Positions 1 to 7,497 of a stretch of DNA of 26,464 nucleotides are shown here, piece by piece. The translations under genes and the position numbers were made by a program. The stretch spans positions 1 through 26,464 of IMG/VR virus record IMGVR_UViG_3300020337_000015, one strand, 5' to 3'. The notes under the pieces were generated by a model. It ran no database searches, had not been told where the DNA came from, and saw only the letters and a program-made list of their open reading frames with translations. This DNA is from a virus (Duplodnaviria > Caudoviricetes). The first letter of the stretch is position 1. Every line of letters starts with the position of its first letter.

Positions 1-122
1 TCACAGTCCCAGCATTGATGAACCATATTTTCTTTTTCAATAATGCATGCAACTTTTACATAGCCGTTACCCTTACAGGTAGGACATATGTATACTTTCT
101 TAACTTTTTTTGAATTTGCCAT
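1..122 (-). CDS. DnaJ-type zinc-finger small protein (partial, runs off window start)
   Basis: Manual translation from ATG at 122: MANSKKVKKVYICPTCKGNGYVKVACIIEKENMVHQCWDC...; CxxCxGxG followed by a second CxxC. Not in ORF track. Confidence 0.75.
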   Translation of the reverse strand, partial: MANSKKVKKVYICPTCKGNGYVKVACIIEKENMVHQCWDC

Positions 123-282
123 TTAGTTTCTTCGCTTTCTCGTTTGCAATGTATTGAATAGTTTTAGCAATTGATAGTTTTCCACCTGGAAAATCAGGTA
201 CTAAAACTTTGGACAATTTATCTAAAGTAGCGTATGTTTCTTTTGTTAGAGAAACATTTTTGTATTTACTCATGTCTGTCAT
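100..282 (-). CDS. Small putative DNA-binding protein (ribbon-helix-helix-like)
   Basis: Track ORF 100..297; start moved to ATG 282 because AAAGGAA SD precedes it. YKNVSL strand followed by two amphipathic helices (KETYATLDKLSK, SIAKTIQYIANE) fits an RHH pattern (inference). Confidence 0.65.
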   Translation of the reverse strand: MTDMSKYKNVSLTKETYATLDKLSKVLVPDFPGGKLSIAKTIQYIANEKAKKLNGKFKKS

Positions 283-306
283 ATTGTTTCCTTTCATGTT
301 AAAATT

Positions 307-336
307 AATATATAGTATATTTTATAGGATTGTCAA
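307..336 (-). promoter_or_regulatory. Sigma70-like promoter for the RHH-like gene
   Basis: Minus strand TTGACA (336-331), then TATATA at 16 nt or TATATT at 18 nt spacing, followed by ATGAAAGGAAACAATATG RBS. Confidence 0.6.
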
Positions 337-551
337 TGACAAAAATAGTTTTAAGTTTAATTATTTGTTCACAAATTGGAAGTACTTGTCTTGAGCCTTA
401 TGTTTGGCCCACTACATTTAATACTCAATATGATTGTTTAATGTTTGGTTATGAAGAATCTAAGGTAAAAATGGAAAAAATAGGTGCTGAAAATGTAAAC
501 AAATACAATATGTTTATTAAATTTTATTGCACTCCAGAAAATACAATTTGA
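336..551 (+). CDS. Small exported Cys-containing hypothetical protein
   Basis: MTKIVLSLIICSQIGSTCLEP...YDCLMFGY...FYCTPENTI; hydrophobic N-terminus, 4 Cys; occupies otherwise empty space. ATG at 336. Confidence 0.7.
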   Translation: MTKIVLSLIICSQIGSTCLEPYVWPTTFNTQYDCLMFGYEESKVKMEKIGAENVNKYNMFIKFYCTPENTI

Positions 552-593
552 CTATATAGTTAATAAATGTTATCGGATTAATTCTTCTCACCA

Positions 594-635
594 AGAACCT
601 ATCCCACAATATTTCCCCTCTTTAGGGATAGGTCT
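594..635. terminator. Hairpin between convergent genes (possible bidirectional terminator)
   Basis: ACCTATCCC (597-605) / GGGATAGGT (625-633) inverted repeat, 19-nt loop, T-rich tract after it on the + strand; lies between convergent ORFs 336..551(+) and 649..855(-). Confidence 0.5.
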
Positions 636-648
636 GTTTAATTTAATT

Positions 649-855
649 TTATTTACATATACAACCATAAAAATCACCACTACCATTATTCATAATGTGC
701 GTGTTCCATGAGTCGTGATACGTGGTCAGTTTTAAACGAAGTATGTCACACAGATCGAAGCAATCTAGGTTTACGAATAACGCAATATGTTCCATCATCT
801 GCTTTGACACTGGGATTAATTGGTATAACCCGTCGTTTAATATTATGAGGTCCAT
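649..855 (-). CDS. Hypothetical phage protein
   Basis: 68-aa ORF with GGAG upstream; Cys/His pattern CxxxC...H...CxC. Confidence 0.7.
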   Translation of the reverse strand: MDLIILNDGLYQLIPVSKQMMEHIALFVNLDCFDLCDILRLKLTTYHDSWNTHIMNNGSGDFYGCICK

Positions 856-961
856 TCGACCACTCCTTCACTTTTTGATACCACAATTTTTTAAGTTGTG
901 GGTCTTTTGTTTTGTTGTACTCGTTTGCTATCTTGTCTAAGTCGTCTGTTTGCTTCTCCAT
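746..961 (-). CDS. Hypothetical phage protein
   Basis: 71-aa ORF; protein-like N-terminal half (LDKIANEYNKTKDPQLKKLWYQKVKEW), C-terminal tail overlaps the next gene. Confidence 0.55.
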   Translation of the reverse strand: MEKQTDDLDKIANEYNKTKDPQLKKLWYQKVKEWSNGPHNIKRRVIPINPSVKADDGTYCVIRKPRLLRSV

Positions 962-1121
962 AAGTTGTACCTAAGTTTATTATTTTAGTTAGACTTTTTG
1001 CTTTTAGTTCTGCATCAACACCATATCTTTTCCAGGCTTTTTTCATTAGATTAAGTTCTAATAAAAATGTAGACCACTGACTTTGTGATGCACCACTAAC
1101 ATTTATTGTTACTGTTTTCAT
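891..1121 (-). CDS. Hypothetical phage protein
   Basis: Track ORF 891..1313 trimmed to ATG 1121 (MKTVTINVSG...), which has an AAAGGAAG SD and its own promoter just upstream. Confidence 0.7.
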   Translation of the reverse strand: MKTVTINVSGASQSQWSTFLLELNLMKKAWKRYGVDAELKAKSLTKIINLGTTYGEANRRLRQDSKRVQQNKRPTT

Positions 1122-1142
1122 ATTTCTTCCTTTCATTCTTTC

Positions 1143-1171
1143 TATATAGGATACTAGAGGATATTTGTCAA
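1143..1171 (-). promoter_or_regulatory. Sigma70-like promoter
   Basis: Minus strand TTGACA-N17-TATATA followed by ATGAAAGGAAGAAATATG RBS. Confidence 0.7.
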
Positions 1172-1305
1172 CCCTTTCCTTGGCCTTTATAACGTGTTTG
1201 TTTTTGCTGTCTTTTCTCTGATTTATTTTTATTTTTCTTGTGTTGACGTGCACCTCTTTTTTTAGGTTTATCTCTTGTTTCAAACGATTTAAATTTTTTA
1301 GCCAT
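1168..1305 (-). CDS. 45-aa highly basic peptide
   Basis: Manual translation: MAKKFKSFETRDKPKKRGARQHKKNKNKSEKRQQKQTRYKGQGKG; ATG overlaps the end of the upstream gene and the ORF fills the gap to the promoter. Not in ORF track. Confidence 0.7.
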   Translation of the reverse strand: MAKKFKSFETRDKPKKRGARQHKKNKNKSEKRQQKQTRYKGQGKG

Positions 1306-1504
1306 CTTTCCATTCTTTTACAAAAGGTGTAGCATTTTTTGTTCTTGTAATAGATGGTAGGTATACAATTTTACCGTTTACGTGCTGTATTAAATCTGTG
1401 CCACAATTTAAACATCTAAATAATTCATTACTTAATCCAACTAACATTGTTATCTCATCACATGTTGGACACTGACCATTTACAATTTCTGTCTGTATTT
1501 TCAT
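1298..1504 (-). CDS. Zinc-ribbon small protein
   Basis: CPTC-x14-CLNC; ATGA overlap with upstream stop. Confidence 0.75.
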   Translation of the reverse strand: MKIQTEIVNGQCPTCDEITMLVGLSNELFRCLNCGTDLIQHVNGKIVYLPSITRTKNATPFVKEWKDG

Positions 1505-1710
1505 TCTAATATTAAAGCTTTAATATATTTTCTTCCTTGATACAACTCTATTTTTGCTTTACCTTTAAAGCATTTATAGGATACAGATTCACTAAACTGT
1601 CTTTCTGCGTGACGTTTTCCACGAAGGCATGTTGCCATGTTTTTTTGCACAAGGTGTTCCTTAATCTCTCCGTTGTAAAACATCAATAAAGCTACAATTG
1701 TTTCAATCAT
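1501..1710 (-). CDS. Small hypothetical protein, hydrophobic N-terminus, Cys pair
   Basis: MIETIVALLMF...TCLRGKR...YKCFKG; ATGA-coupled at both ends. Confidence 0.75.
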   Translation of the reverse strand: MIETIVALLMFYNGEIKEHLVQKNMATCLRGKRHAERQFSESVSYKCFKGKAKIELYQGRKYIKALILE

Positions 1711-2138
1711 TGTGGATAACTCCCATTACCATTTGTATATTTCATTTCTCTATTTGCATCTTTTAATTTTTCAATATCATTCAAAACTTTATCCATTTGT
1801 TTTCTTAAAAACTCAATGTTTACTTTATTTAAAGCCATTGACTCTATAGTTGATTGTAACTTATCCGTAGTCTTATAAAGATCTTCAATCATCATGAATT
1901 GTTCGGAGTCCGCAGGTAGTGATCCTAATTGTCCACGCGGCCATTTAATTCTAAACTCTGTGTTTTCATTTAAATCTTTCTCCATTATTTGTAGTCGTGT
2001 GTCTGCAACATTAAGACGTTCAATCATCTGGAAGTAACCCATGGTGCCAAGTGCTACGATAATTATTAAACTAGCAACCGTCTTCATAGGCATCTGCACG
2101 GAAGCTGATTCGGATATGTTAATTGGTTTATTATTCAT
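1707..2138 (-). CDS. Membrane-anchored coiled-coil protein
   Basis: TM segment VASLIIIVALGTMGYF followed by heptad-rich helices. Confidence 0.8.
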   Translation of the reverse strand: MNNKPINISESASVQMPMKTVASLIIIVALGTMGYFQMIERLNVADTRLQIMEKDLNENTEFRIKWPRGQLGSLPADSEQFMMIEDLYKTTDKLQSTIESMALNKVNIEFLRKQMDKVLNDIEKLKDANREMKYTNGNGSYPQ

Positions 2139-2721
2139 CTACTTTTGGTTTAGGTAATGGCATTAAAAAATCTTTAGGTGGCATTTTTAATGTATCTTTT
2201 TTCATTATATCTTTTGTACCCATAAATTTTTTATCTTTGTGTTCAGGTAGGTTTTGATAATCTTTTCGTAAATCATCCCATGCACTACCTTCAGGTCGTT
2301 CTTGGTTTTCATCGTTAATGATTATACCAGAGCATTTACTAACTAGCAATTGAAAGTTAGGATTGGATTTTAAAGTAGGGTTTCTATTAACTTTTCCACA
2401 CATTTTCATGAGTTCTAGCTGCTGTTTTAACTCCATATTTTCTTGTTGTATTTCTTTAAATTCATCAGTGCAAGCCGATCCCAGGTATTTTCTATATGTT
2501 AAACGTATGGATTTATCATCGTGAGGGCTACTAGAATTATTTTCAGGATTAAAATGTCTATAACTATTTTCTGAATTTCTTTGTTCTAAAGATACTGAAA
2601 GATCACCAGTGCTGCAAGTATTAGTGCCGTTGTTGAGATATTCATTTCTACTATGCGCAGGTTCCATAAAGCATAACAACACAAATAAAATTACTAATAC
2701 CCCTGTAAAATAATAATTCAT
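2131..2721 (-). CDS. Exported hypothetical protein (signal peptide, 4 mature-region Cys)
   Basis: MNYYFTGVLVILFVLLCFMEPAHS signal-like N-terminus; alternative start at 2736. Confidence 0.75.
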   Translation of the reverse strand: MNYYFTGVLVILFVLLCFMEPAHSRNEYLNNGTNTCSTGDLSVSLEQRNSENSYRHFNPENNSSSPHDDKSIRLTYRKYLGSACTDEFKEIQQENMELKQQLELMKMCGKVNRNPTLKSNPNFQLLVSKCSGIIINDENQERPEGSAWDDLRKDYQNLPEHKDKKFMGTKDIMKKDTLKMPPKDFLMPLPKPKVDE

Positions 2722-2749
2722 CCTGGCATTCTCCATGTTGCATAAATCC

Positions 2750-3061
2750 TTAATAGTTAATTTCTCTGTTTAAATCTTTTATATCGTAAGTGTGTTCTCT
2801 AACTTGATCAGCTAAAGTTCTGTATAAATTTTCTGCCATTTGCCATGTAGCTTCTGCAGAAGATAATCTTGTGTTAATATCTGTAATGTTTTTTGCTAAT
2901 TGACCTGCATCTCTTTCAAGATTTGTAAGTCTTAATTCATTTTGATTAATAGTATCTGTTAAGGTTACAATATATCTAACACCAGTAAATGTTCCGACTA
3001 TAACCGAAGCCACAACCGGAACCATTACAATATTCTTTTTTAATAAATCTACTAAATTCAT
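2750..3061 (-). CDS. Membrane-anchored coiled-coil protein
   Basis: TM IVMVPVVASVIVGTFTGV followed by coiled coil; TAATG overlap with upstream gene. Confidence 0.8.
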   Translation of the reverse strand: MNLVDLLKKNIVMVPVVASVIVGTFTGVRYIVTLTDTINQNELRLTNLERDAGQLAKNITDINTRLSSAEATWQMAENLYRTLADQVREHTYDIKDLNREINY

Positions 3062-3285
3062 TACTTAACAATGTAAGCTATAATTAAAACTGCAACTACA
3101 AGACATTCAACCTTGTGGTCTGACCAGTAATGCATAGCTTTACTTTTTATTTTATTAATCATATTTCCTCCCATATAGTCTTCATATGTTTTTATTACAA
3201 TATTGTTACATATGTAACAACTACATTGATCGCATTTACGACCACAATGACAATTGTGTTTGCATTCAAAACAATACGTTTTCAT
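3061..3285 (-). CDS. Cys/His-rich domain fused to C-terminal membrane peptide (internal start at 3162 likely)
   Basis: CFECKHNCHCGRKCDQCSCYIC N-terminus; GGAGG SD before in-frame ATG 3162 (MINKIKSKAMHYWSDHKVECLVVAVLIIAYIVK). Confidence 0.65.
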   Translation of the reverse strand: MKTYCFECKHNCHCGRKCDQCSCYICNNIVIKTYEDYMGGNMINKIKSKAMHYWSDHKVECLVVAVLIIAYIVK

Positions 3286-3926
3286 TTCTTTTCCTCTATT
3301 TCATAGAAGAACTTATCCGTATCTTCTGTCCGCCACGCTCTACTATCTTCTACATTCCATTCAGAAGTCTGCACTTTCCAGTCAGGAGTACTATCTTTCA
3401 CAGTGAAAGAAGGTAAGTCCCATATACATCTGTTGTTAGGTTGTGCTGCAAAATTACCGTCATCTAAGGCAATTATGTGAGCGCACTTATGTTCGTGCGG
3501 AATCTCTGAATGATCAGTGTCTAGTATGTTACTATCTGGATGTGCAAAGTCAACAGTAAATAAGTATTTACCTGAATGCCATTTTTTATCTTTTCCAATA
3601 TACTTACCGGCTTGTCCGTCTAAAATATCCCAACGATGGACAGAAGGATAATAAGAAAAACAATTCCAGAGCTGAAGTTCATCAAGTCGTCTTGTGGGCA
3701 CTCTGGATGGTTCAAATCCCTTTTGAATAAACGCGCTAATTGGTAAGCGATAAAATATTGCACCGTTTTCCATAATAGCATGAAATAATACAGCCCTTCC
3801 TGTAAGAGCGCTAATACCAAAGATAATACAGTCTTCAACTTCTCCATGATGTTTTTTAAGGTCATATAAATACTCTCTTCTTATTTGTGCATAGGTTGCT
3901 GGTATGTTTGCATTTAAGTAAGCCAT
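3282..3926 (-). CDS. Conserved-looking hypothetical phage protein
   Basis: 214-aa ORF with GAGG SD directly downstream of the polymerase; no function recognisable (EHKCAH, AQPNNR motifs). Confidence 0.85.
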   Translation of the reverse strand: MAYLNANIPATYAQIRREYLYDLKKHHGEVEDCIIFGISALTGRAVLFHAIMENGAIFYRLPISAFIQKGFEPSRVPTRRLDELQLWNCFSYYPSVHRWDILDGQAGKYIGKDKKWHSGKYLFTVDFAHPDSNILDTDHSEIPHEHKCAHIIALDDGNFAAQPNNRCIWDLPSFTVKDSTPDWKVQTSEWNVEDSRAWRTEDTDKFFYEIEEKK

Positions 3927-3935
3927 AATTTATCC

Positions 3936-5780
3936 TCATTTTATTGTACCCCAGTTTGGTCCAGATTCATAGTCCACTTTGTTAGGTACTTCTAGTTCTA
4001 CTGCAGACTCCATAATCTCTTTTATCTTATCTGCATTACCATCAACCGATATATCAAGTTCATCATGTACTTGTATATGCGGTACGATACCTTCTTTGTA
4101 TAGATCAACCATAGCTTTTTTAGTCATATCAGCTGCTGATCCCTGTATCAATTTATTTAATGCCTTGTAAGTATAAGCACGCTTGATCCCTGGTCCGTGT
4201 TCCGTGAGCGCTTCTTCGTGAGGCAATGCTTTATGTATCCCGAACTGGTTGGGCTCCCATAAATTAAATCTACATCTACGTCCTAATAAAGTTCTAACTC
4301 GACCCCTGTCTTGGGCTCTACGCATTACACTTTCCATTAACATCTTAACAAATGGTACTTTGTCATGATACGTTCTAAACAAATCATCAGCGTTTTCTTT
4401 AGATACACCTAGCTCTGCTTGTAATTTATTTTTACCCATACCATAAAACAAACCAAGGTTAATTGTCTTAGCTTGTGATCTTGGAATGTTTGCCATGTCT
4501 GCTACGATCTTATGAAAGTCTGTGTCTGGTTCATCATTATATGCATCAAGAACTTCATCTACACGATAGAGTCCATCAAGTGATGCATAATGTGTAACCA
4601 ATCTTGGTTCTTGTTGTGAATAGTCAAAACAACCCCAAGTGTGTCCTTCTTCAGGAATAAATAAACTTCTAATCATTGGTCCAAGTTCCTTGTTCCGTGC
4701 AGGTATCTGCTGTAAGTTTGGATTGTTGTATGAAAACCTACCGGTTACTGTACCACCTTGATCAGATCTTATCTGATTGATCTCTGCATGAATACGTCCT
4801 TTGTGTGAATGCTTTAATATGGTATCAATAAAAGTTGTGTGAGATTTATTTATTTCTCTGGCACGTGCAATTTGTTGAACCACCGGATTTGGATGGTTCT
4901 GTAAAAAATTTTTAGTAAAGGATGGTGCTTGTGTTTTTGCAGTTACGTCATAAGGTAAATTTAATTTTTCAAAAACTTTGGCAATCGATCTTGCAGCCCA
5001 TATTTGAATGTCTATTCCTGTTTCCTTTTTTACTTTTAGTAATGCTAATTCTTCTTCTGCAACTAATTGTTTCTTCAATTGGTTGGCTTGTTGGACGTCT
5101 ACACGGACACCTAAAAATCGCATATCAACAAGGCAGGGAAAAAGTTGAGTCTCGAGATCGAAGATAGATTGTACATCTTCATGTTCAATTTGTTTCTTCA
5201 TCTCTTGCCATAATTTTAATGTTAGTACAGCATCTTGCTCTGCATACTCACCAACATACATTGCAGGTAGTTTATACATCTCTGACTTAGCATCGATGCC
5301 CCAATGCGCTGCAGTTTCCTTTAATACAGCCTCATTCTTGCCTATTCCAACGTAATCACGACCCAAACTACCTAAATCGTATCGAAAGCGATTCTCGTCT
5401 ACGAGAGAGCCAGCAATCATGGTATCTACTATCTTACCCTCTATTTTAAGGCCCATAGACCTAATCCAACATACATCGTACATTGCATTGTGAAATATCT
5501 TAATTGCAGGTGTTTTTAGTACATCTGTAAACCACTTGATAACCATATTCTTATCCATATTACCACCGCCTTCATGTGCGATAGGATAATATCCGGACCA
5601 ACCCTCTACAGCTACAGCTATACCTACAACTTTACCATTACCAATAACTGAACCTGAACCTGTTGATTTTAAATCTGGGTCCTTGGTTTCTAAGTCAATT
5701 GCAATCTCATCATACTTCGATAAGTCAGGAAAAGATTCTGGTGGTAGCCATTCTGTTTGTGGTTTAAATATAGGTTTCAT
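3936..5780 (-). CDS. polA: DNA polymerase family A (3'-5' exonuclease + polymerase; no 5'-3' exo)
   Basis: ExoI IDLET, ExoII FHNAMYD, ExoIII YAEQD; TGRFS, PNLQQIP, motif A DYSQQEPR, motif B RSQAKTINLGLFYG, motif C VHDEL. Confidence 0.97.
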   Translation of the reverse strand: MKPIFKPQTEWLPPESFPDLSKYDEIAIDLETKDPDLKSTGSGSVIGNGKVVGIAVAVEGWSGYYPIAHEGGGNMDKNMVIKWFTDVLKTPAIKIFHNAMYDVCWIRSMGLKIEGKIVDTMIAGSLVDENRFRYDLGSLGRDYVGIGKNEAVLKETAAHWGIDAKSEMYKLPAMYVGEYAEQDAVLTLKLWQEMKKQIEHEDVQSIFDLETQLFPCLVDMRFLGVRVDVQQANQLKKQLVAEEELALLKVKKETGIDIQIWAARSIAKVFEKLNLPYDVTAKTQAPSFTKNFLQNHPNPVVQQIARAREINKSHTTFIDTILKHSHKGRIHAEINQIRSDQGGTVTGRFSYNNPNLQQIPARNKELGPMIRSLFIPEEGHTWGCFDYSQQEPRLVTHYASLDGLYRVDEVLDAYNDEPDTDFHKIVADMANIPRSQAKTINLGLFYGMGKNKLQAELGVSKENADDLFRTYHDKVPFVKMLMESVMRRAQDRGRVRTLLGRRCRFNLWEPNQFGIHKALPHEEALTEHGPGIKRAYTYKALNKLIQGSAADMTKKAMVDLYKEGIVPHIQVHDELDISVDGNADKIKEIMESAVELEVPNKVDYESGPNWGTIK

Positions 5781-6016
5781 GAATAGTCTCTTTCTAAAAT
5801 CATTTCTAAATAATGTATTGCTTTATTTATGTCTTCTTCTTTCCCCTTCGACTGATGTCTACAGATATATTTTATAGCATTGCCCTCCGCAAAAAGCAAT
5901 TTGTTTTCATTTATAAACTCTGCTGGTTGTATCTTCATTTGTTTATAATGTTTTCCACCAACTTGATTGTCTAGTGAATCGTATGTTGCTTTTTTAAATA
6001 GTTCTTTGTTTGTCAT
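5777..6016 (-). CDS. DUF3310-family protein (SaV / T7 gp1.7-like)
   Basis: QVGGKHY...IQP..FI...GNAIKYICR...KG..EDINKAIHYL signature. Confidence 0.88.
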   Translation of the reverse strand: MTNKELFKKATYDSLDNQVGGKHYKQMKIQPAEFINENKLLFAEGNAIKYICRHQSKGKEEDINKAIHYLEMILERDYS

Positions 6017-7497
6017 AGATTATAAGCCTTCTTTGTTTGTGGTTCGATTATATATAAGTTCTTCTCTGTTCTTGTGCATGCAACATAAAATAATCTATGT
6101 GTATCATCTGGATCTTTTTCATAGTCTATAAATGCTGCACCAGCCAAGTCTGTTATTACAACTACATTCTCTCGTTCATTACCTTTGACGCCATGTATAG
6201 TTGATATACTAATTCTAGGATTTTTATCTAAGTTTTCTCCTGACTTAATTAATTTTTTTATCTTCTTTATATCTTCATCACCTATTTCATTTAATGCTTC
6301 GTCCCAATCAGACTCTGTTTTAAGTCCATACTTCTCTTTCAAAGTATCTATGTCATAGAAACCATCTTTAATTATTGTTTTAAATAATTTTGGATCCCAA
6401 TTATCTTTAGTCATCTTTGCAGCAATCTTCTTAACATCATTATAATGTAAAGGTATACCTTTTCGCAAATCATTCCATTTTTGTATGATCTCATAAATAT
6501 TTTTTACTCTTGGTACAGCGTTTCTTCTTTGCCAATATAATTCTTTTTCATCTAATATGTTTCCAATACCTGCCAACATATAGTTAGCTTGTGCTAATAC
6601 TAACCATCTACCGTGTGAAAAATCTACTTCATGAAGATCACTACAATAGTCAACAGATCCCTCTTCTTTTTTTGGCAACCATTCTTTCTCTACTCTGTTG
6701 TGTACTTTTTTTATTATCTTGTTTGCTAATGCAAAAGGTTTTTGCGGTACCCTTTGTGATTGATCTAGCACAGTTCTTTTACCTTCTAGATTTATAAATG
6801 TACTAACGTGTGCACCATTCCATCTGTATATGGCCTGGTCATCATCACCCGATATGTATGAGTCTTGACACTTTTCTTCTATCTTCTTAACTAATCTCCA
6901 TTGTACTAAACTTAAATCTTGTGCTTCATCCACAAACATAACTCTAAGTTTTGGTGCTTCGCCACTTGCTATAAATTTTTCTAACATATCTGGAAAATCA
7001 ATTAGTCCATGTTGCTCTTTGTATCTCTCTAGTTCTTCAACTATAATTTCTAGTTTACCTAATTGTATTTTTGAGTTGTTGTTTAAATGATAAAATTTTA
7101 TTGGGTCCATTTCTTTTGATCGTGCTAAGTTTATTAACTGTATGTATGGATCTGGAGAATAGAATATACCCTCATAGTCTTCATCTTGTCTTGCACCTTC
7201 TAATTCTATTTGCATCTTCTCCGATAATTCTTTGTAGTGCTTTGGTTGCATTACTTGGTTTTTATTTATACCAAGTTGATTAAAACAAAATGAATGAAGG
7301 GTTTGAAAGTATGGTACATCGTTGTAAGATAGTTTAAATTTATCTACTGCTCTTTGTTTACCTTCTTGTGCAGCGTTCTTACTAAATGTAAAATAACCAA
7401 TCTTATCTGGTGGTGTATTAGTTAGAAACTTTTCTATGTGTCCTAGCAAAGTGTGCGTTTTACCTGTACCCGGTGGTCCATAAATTATATGTCTCAT
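6013..7497 (-). CDS. UvrD/Rep-like superfamily 1 DNA helicase
   Basis: GPPGTGKT, TLHS, VDEAQD, GDDDQAIY, STIHGVKGNE, YVACTR. Start set at ATG 7497 (TAATG overlap). Confidence 0.93.
   Translation of the reverse strand: MRHIIYGPPGTGKTHTLLGHIEKFLTNTPPDKIGYFTFSKNAAQEGKQRAVDKFKLSYNDVPYFQTLHSFCFNQLGINKNQVMQPKHYKELSEKMQIELEGARQDEDYEGIFYSPDPYIQLINLARSKEMDPIKFYHLNNNSKIQLGKLEIIVEELERYKEQHGLIDFPDMLEKFIASGEAPKLRVMFVDEAQDLSLVQWRLVKKIEEKCQDSYISGDDDQAIYRWNGAHVSTFINLEGKRTVLDQSQRVPQKPFALANKIIKKVHNRVEKEWLPKKEEGSVDYCSDLHEVDFSHGRWLVLAQANYMLAGIGNILDEKELYWQRRNAVPRVKNIYEIIQKWNDLRKGIPLHYNDVKKIAAKMTKDNWDPKLFKTIIKDGFYDIDTLKEKYGLKTESDWDEALNEIGDEDIKKIKKLIKSGENLDKNPRISISTIHGVKGNERENVVVITDLAGAAFIDYEKDPDDTHRLFYVACTRTEKNLYIIEPQTKKAYNL

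Noticed and set aside
209-394. 61-aa plus-strand ORF
   Set aside because: Crosses the promoter region and is antisense to the RHH-like gene; better explained by 336..551.
548-576. Plus-strand promoter TTGACT-N17
   Set aside because: The -10 position reads TATCGG, a poor match; not called as a feature.
1122-1313. N-terminal extension of track ORF 891..1313
   Set aside because: Overlaps the 45-aa basic ORF and a clear promoter; SD supports a start at 1121.
3620-3865. 81-aa alternate-frame ORF with hydrophobic stretches
   Set aside because: Entirely nested in the 214-aa gene; hydrophobicity is expected from a shifted AT-rich frame; no SD.
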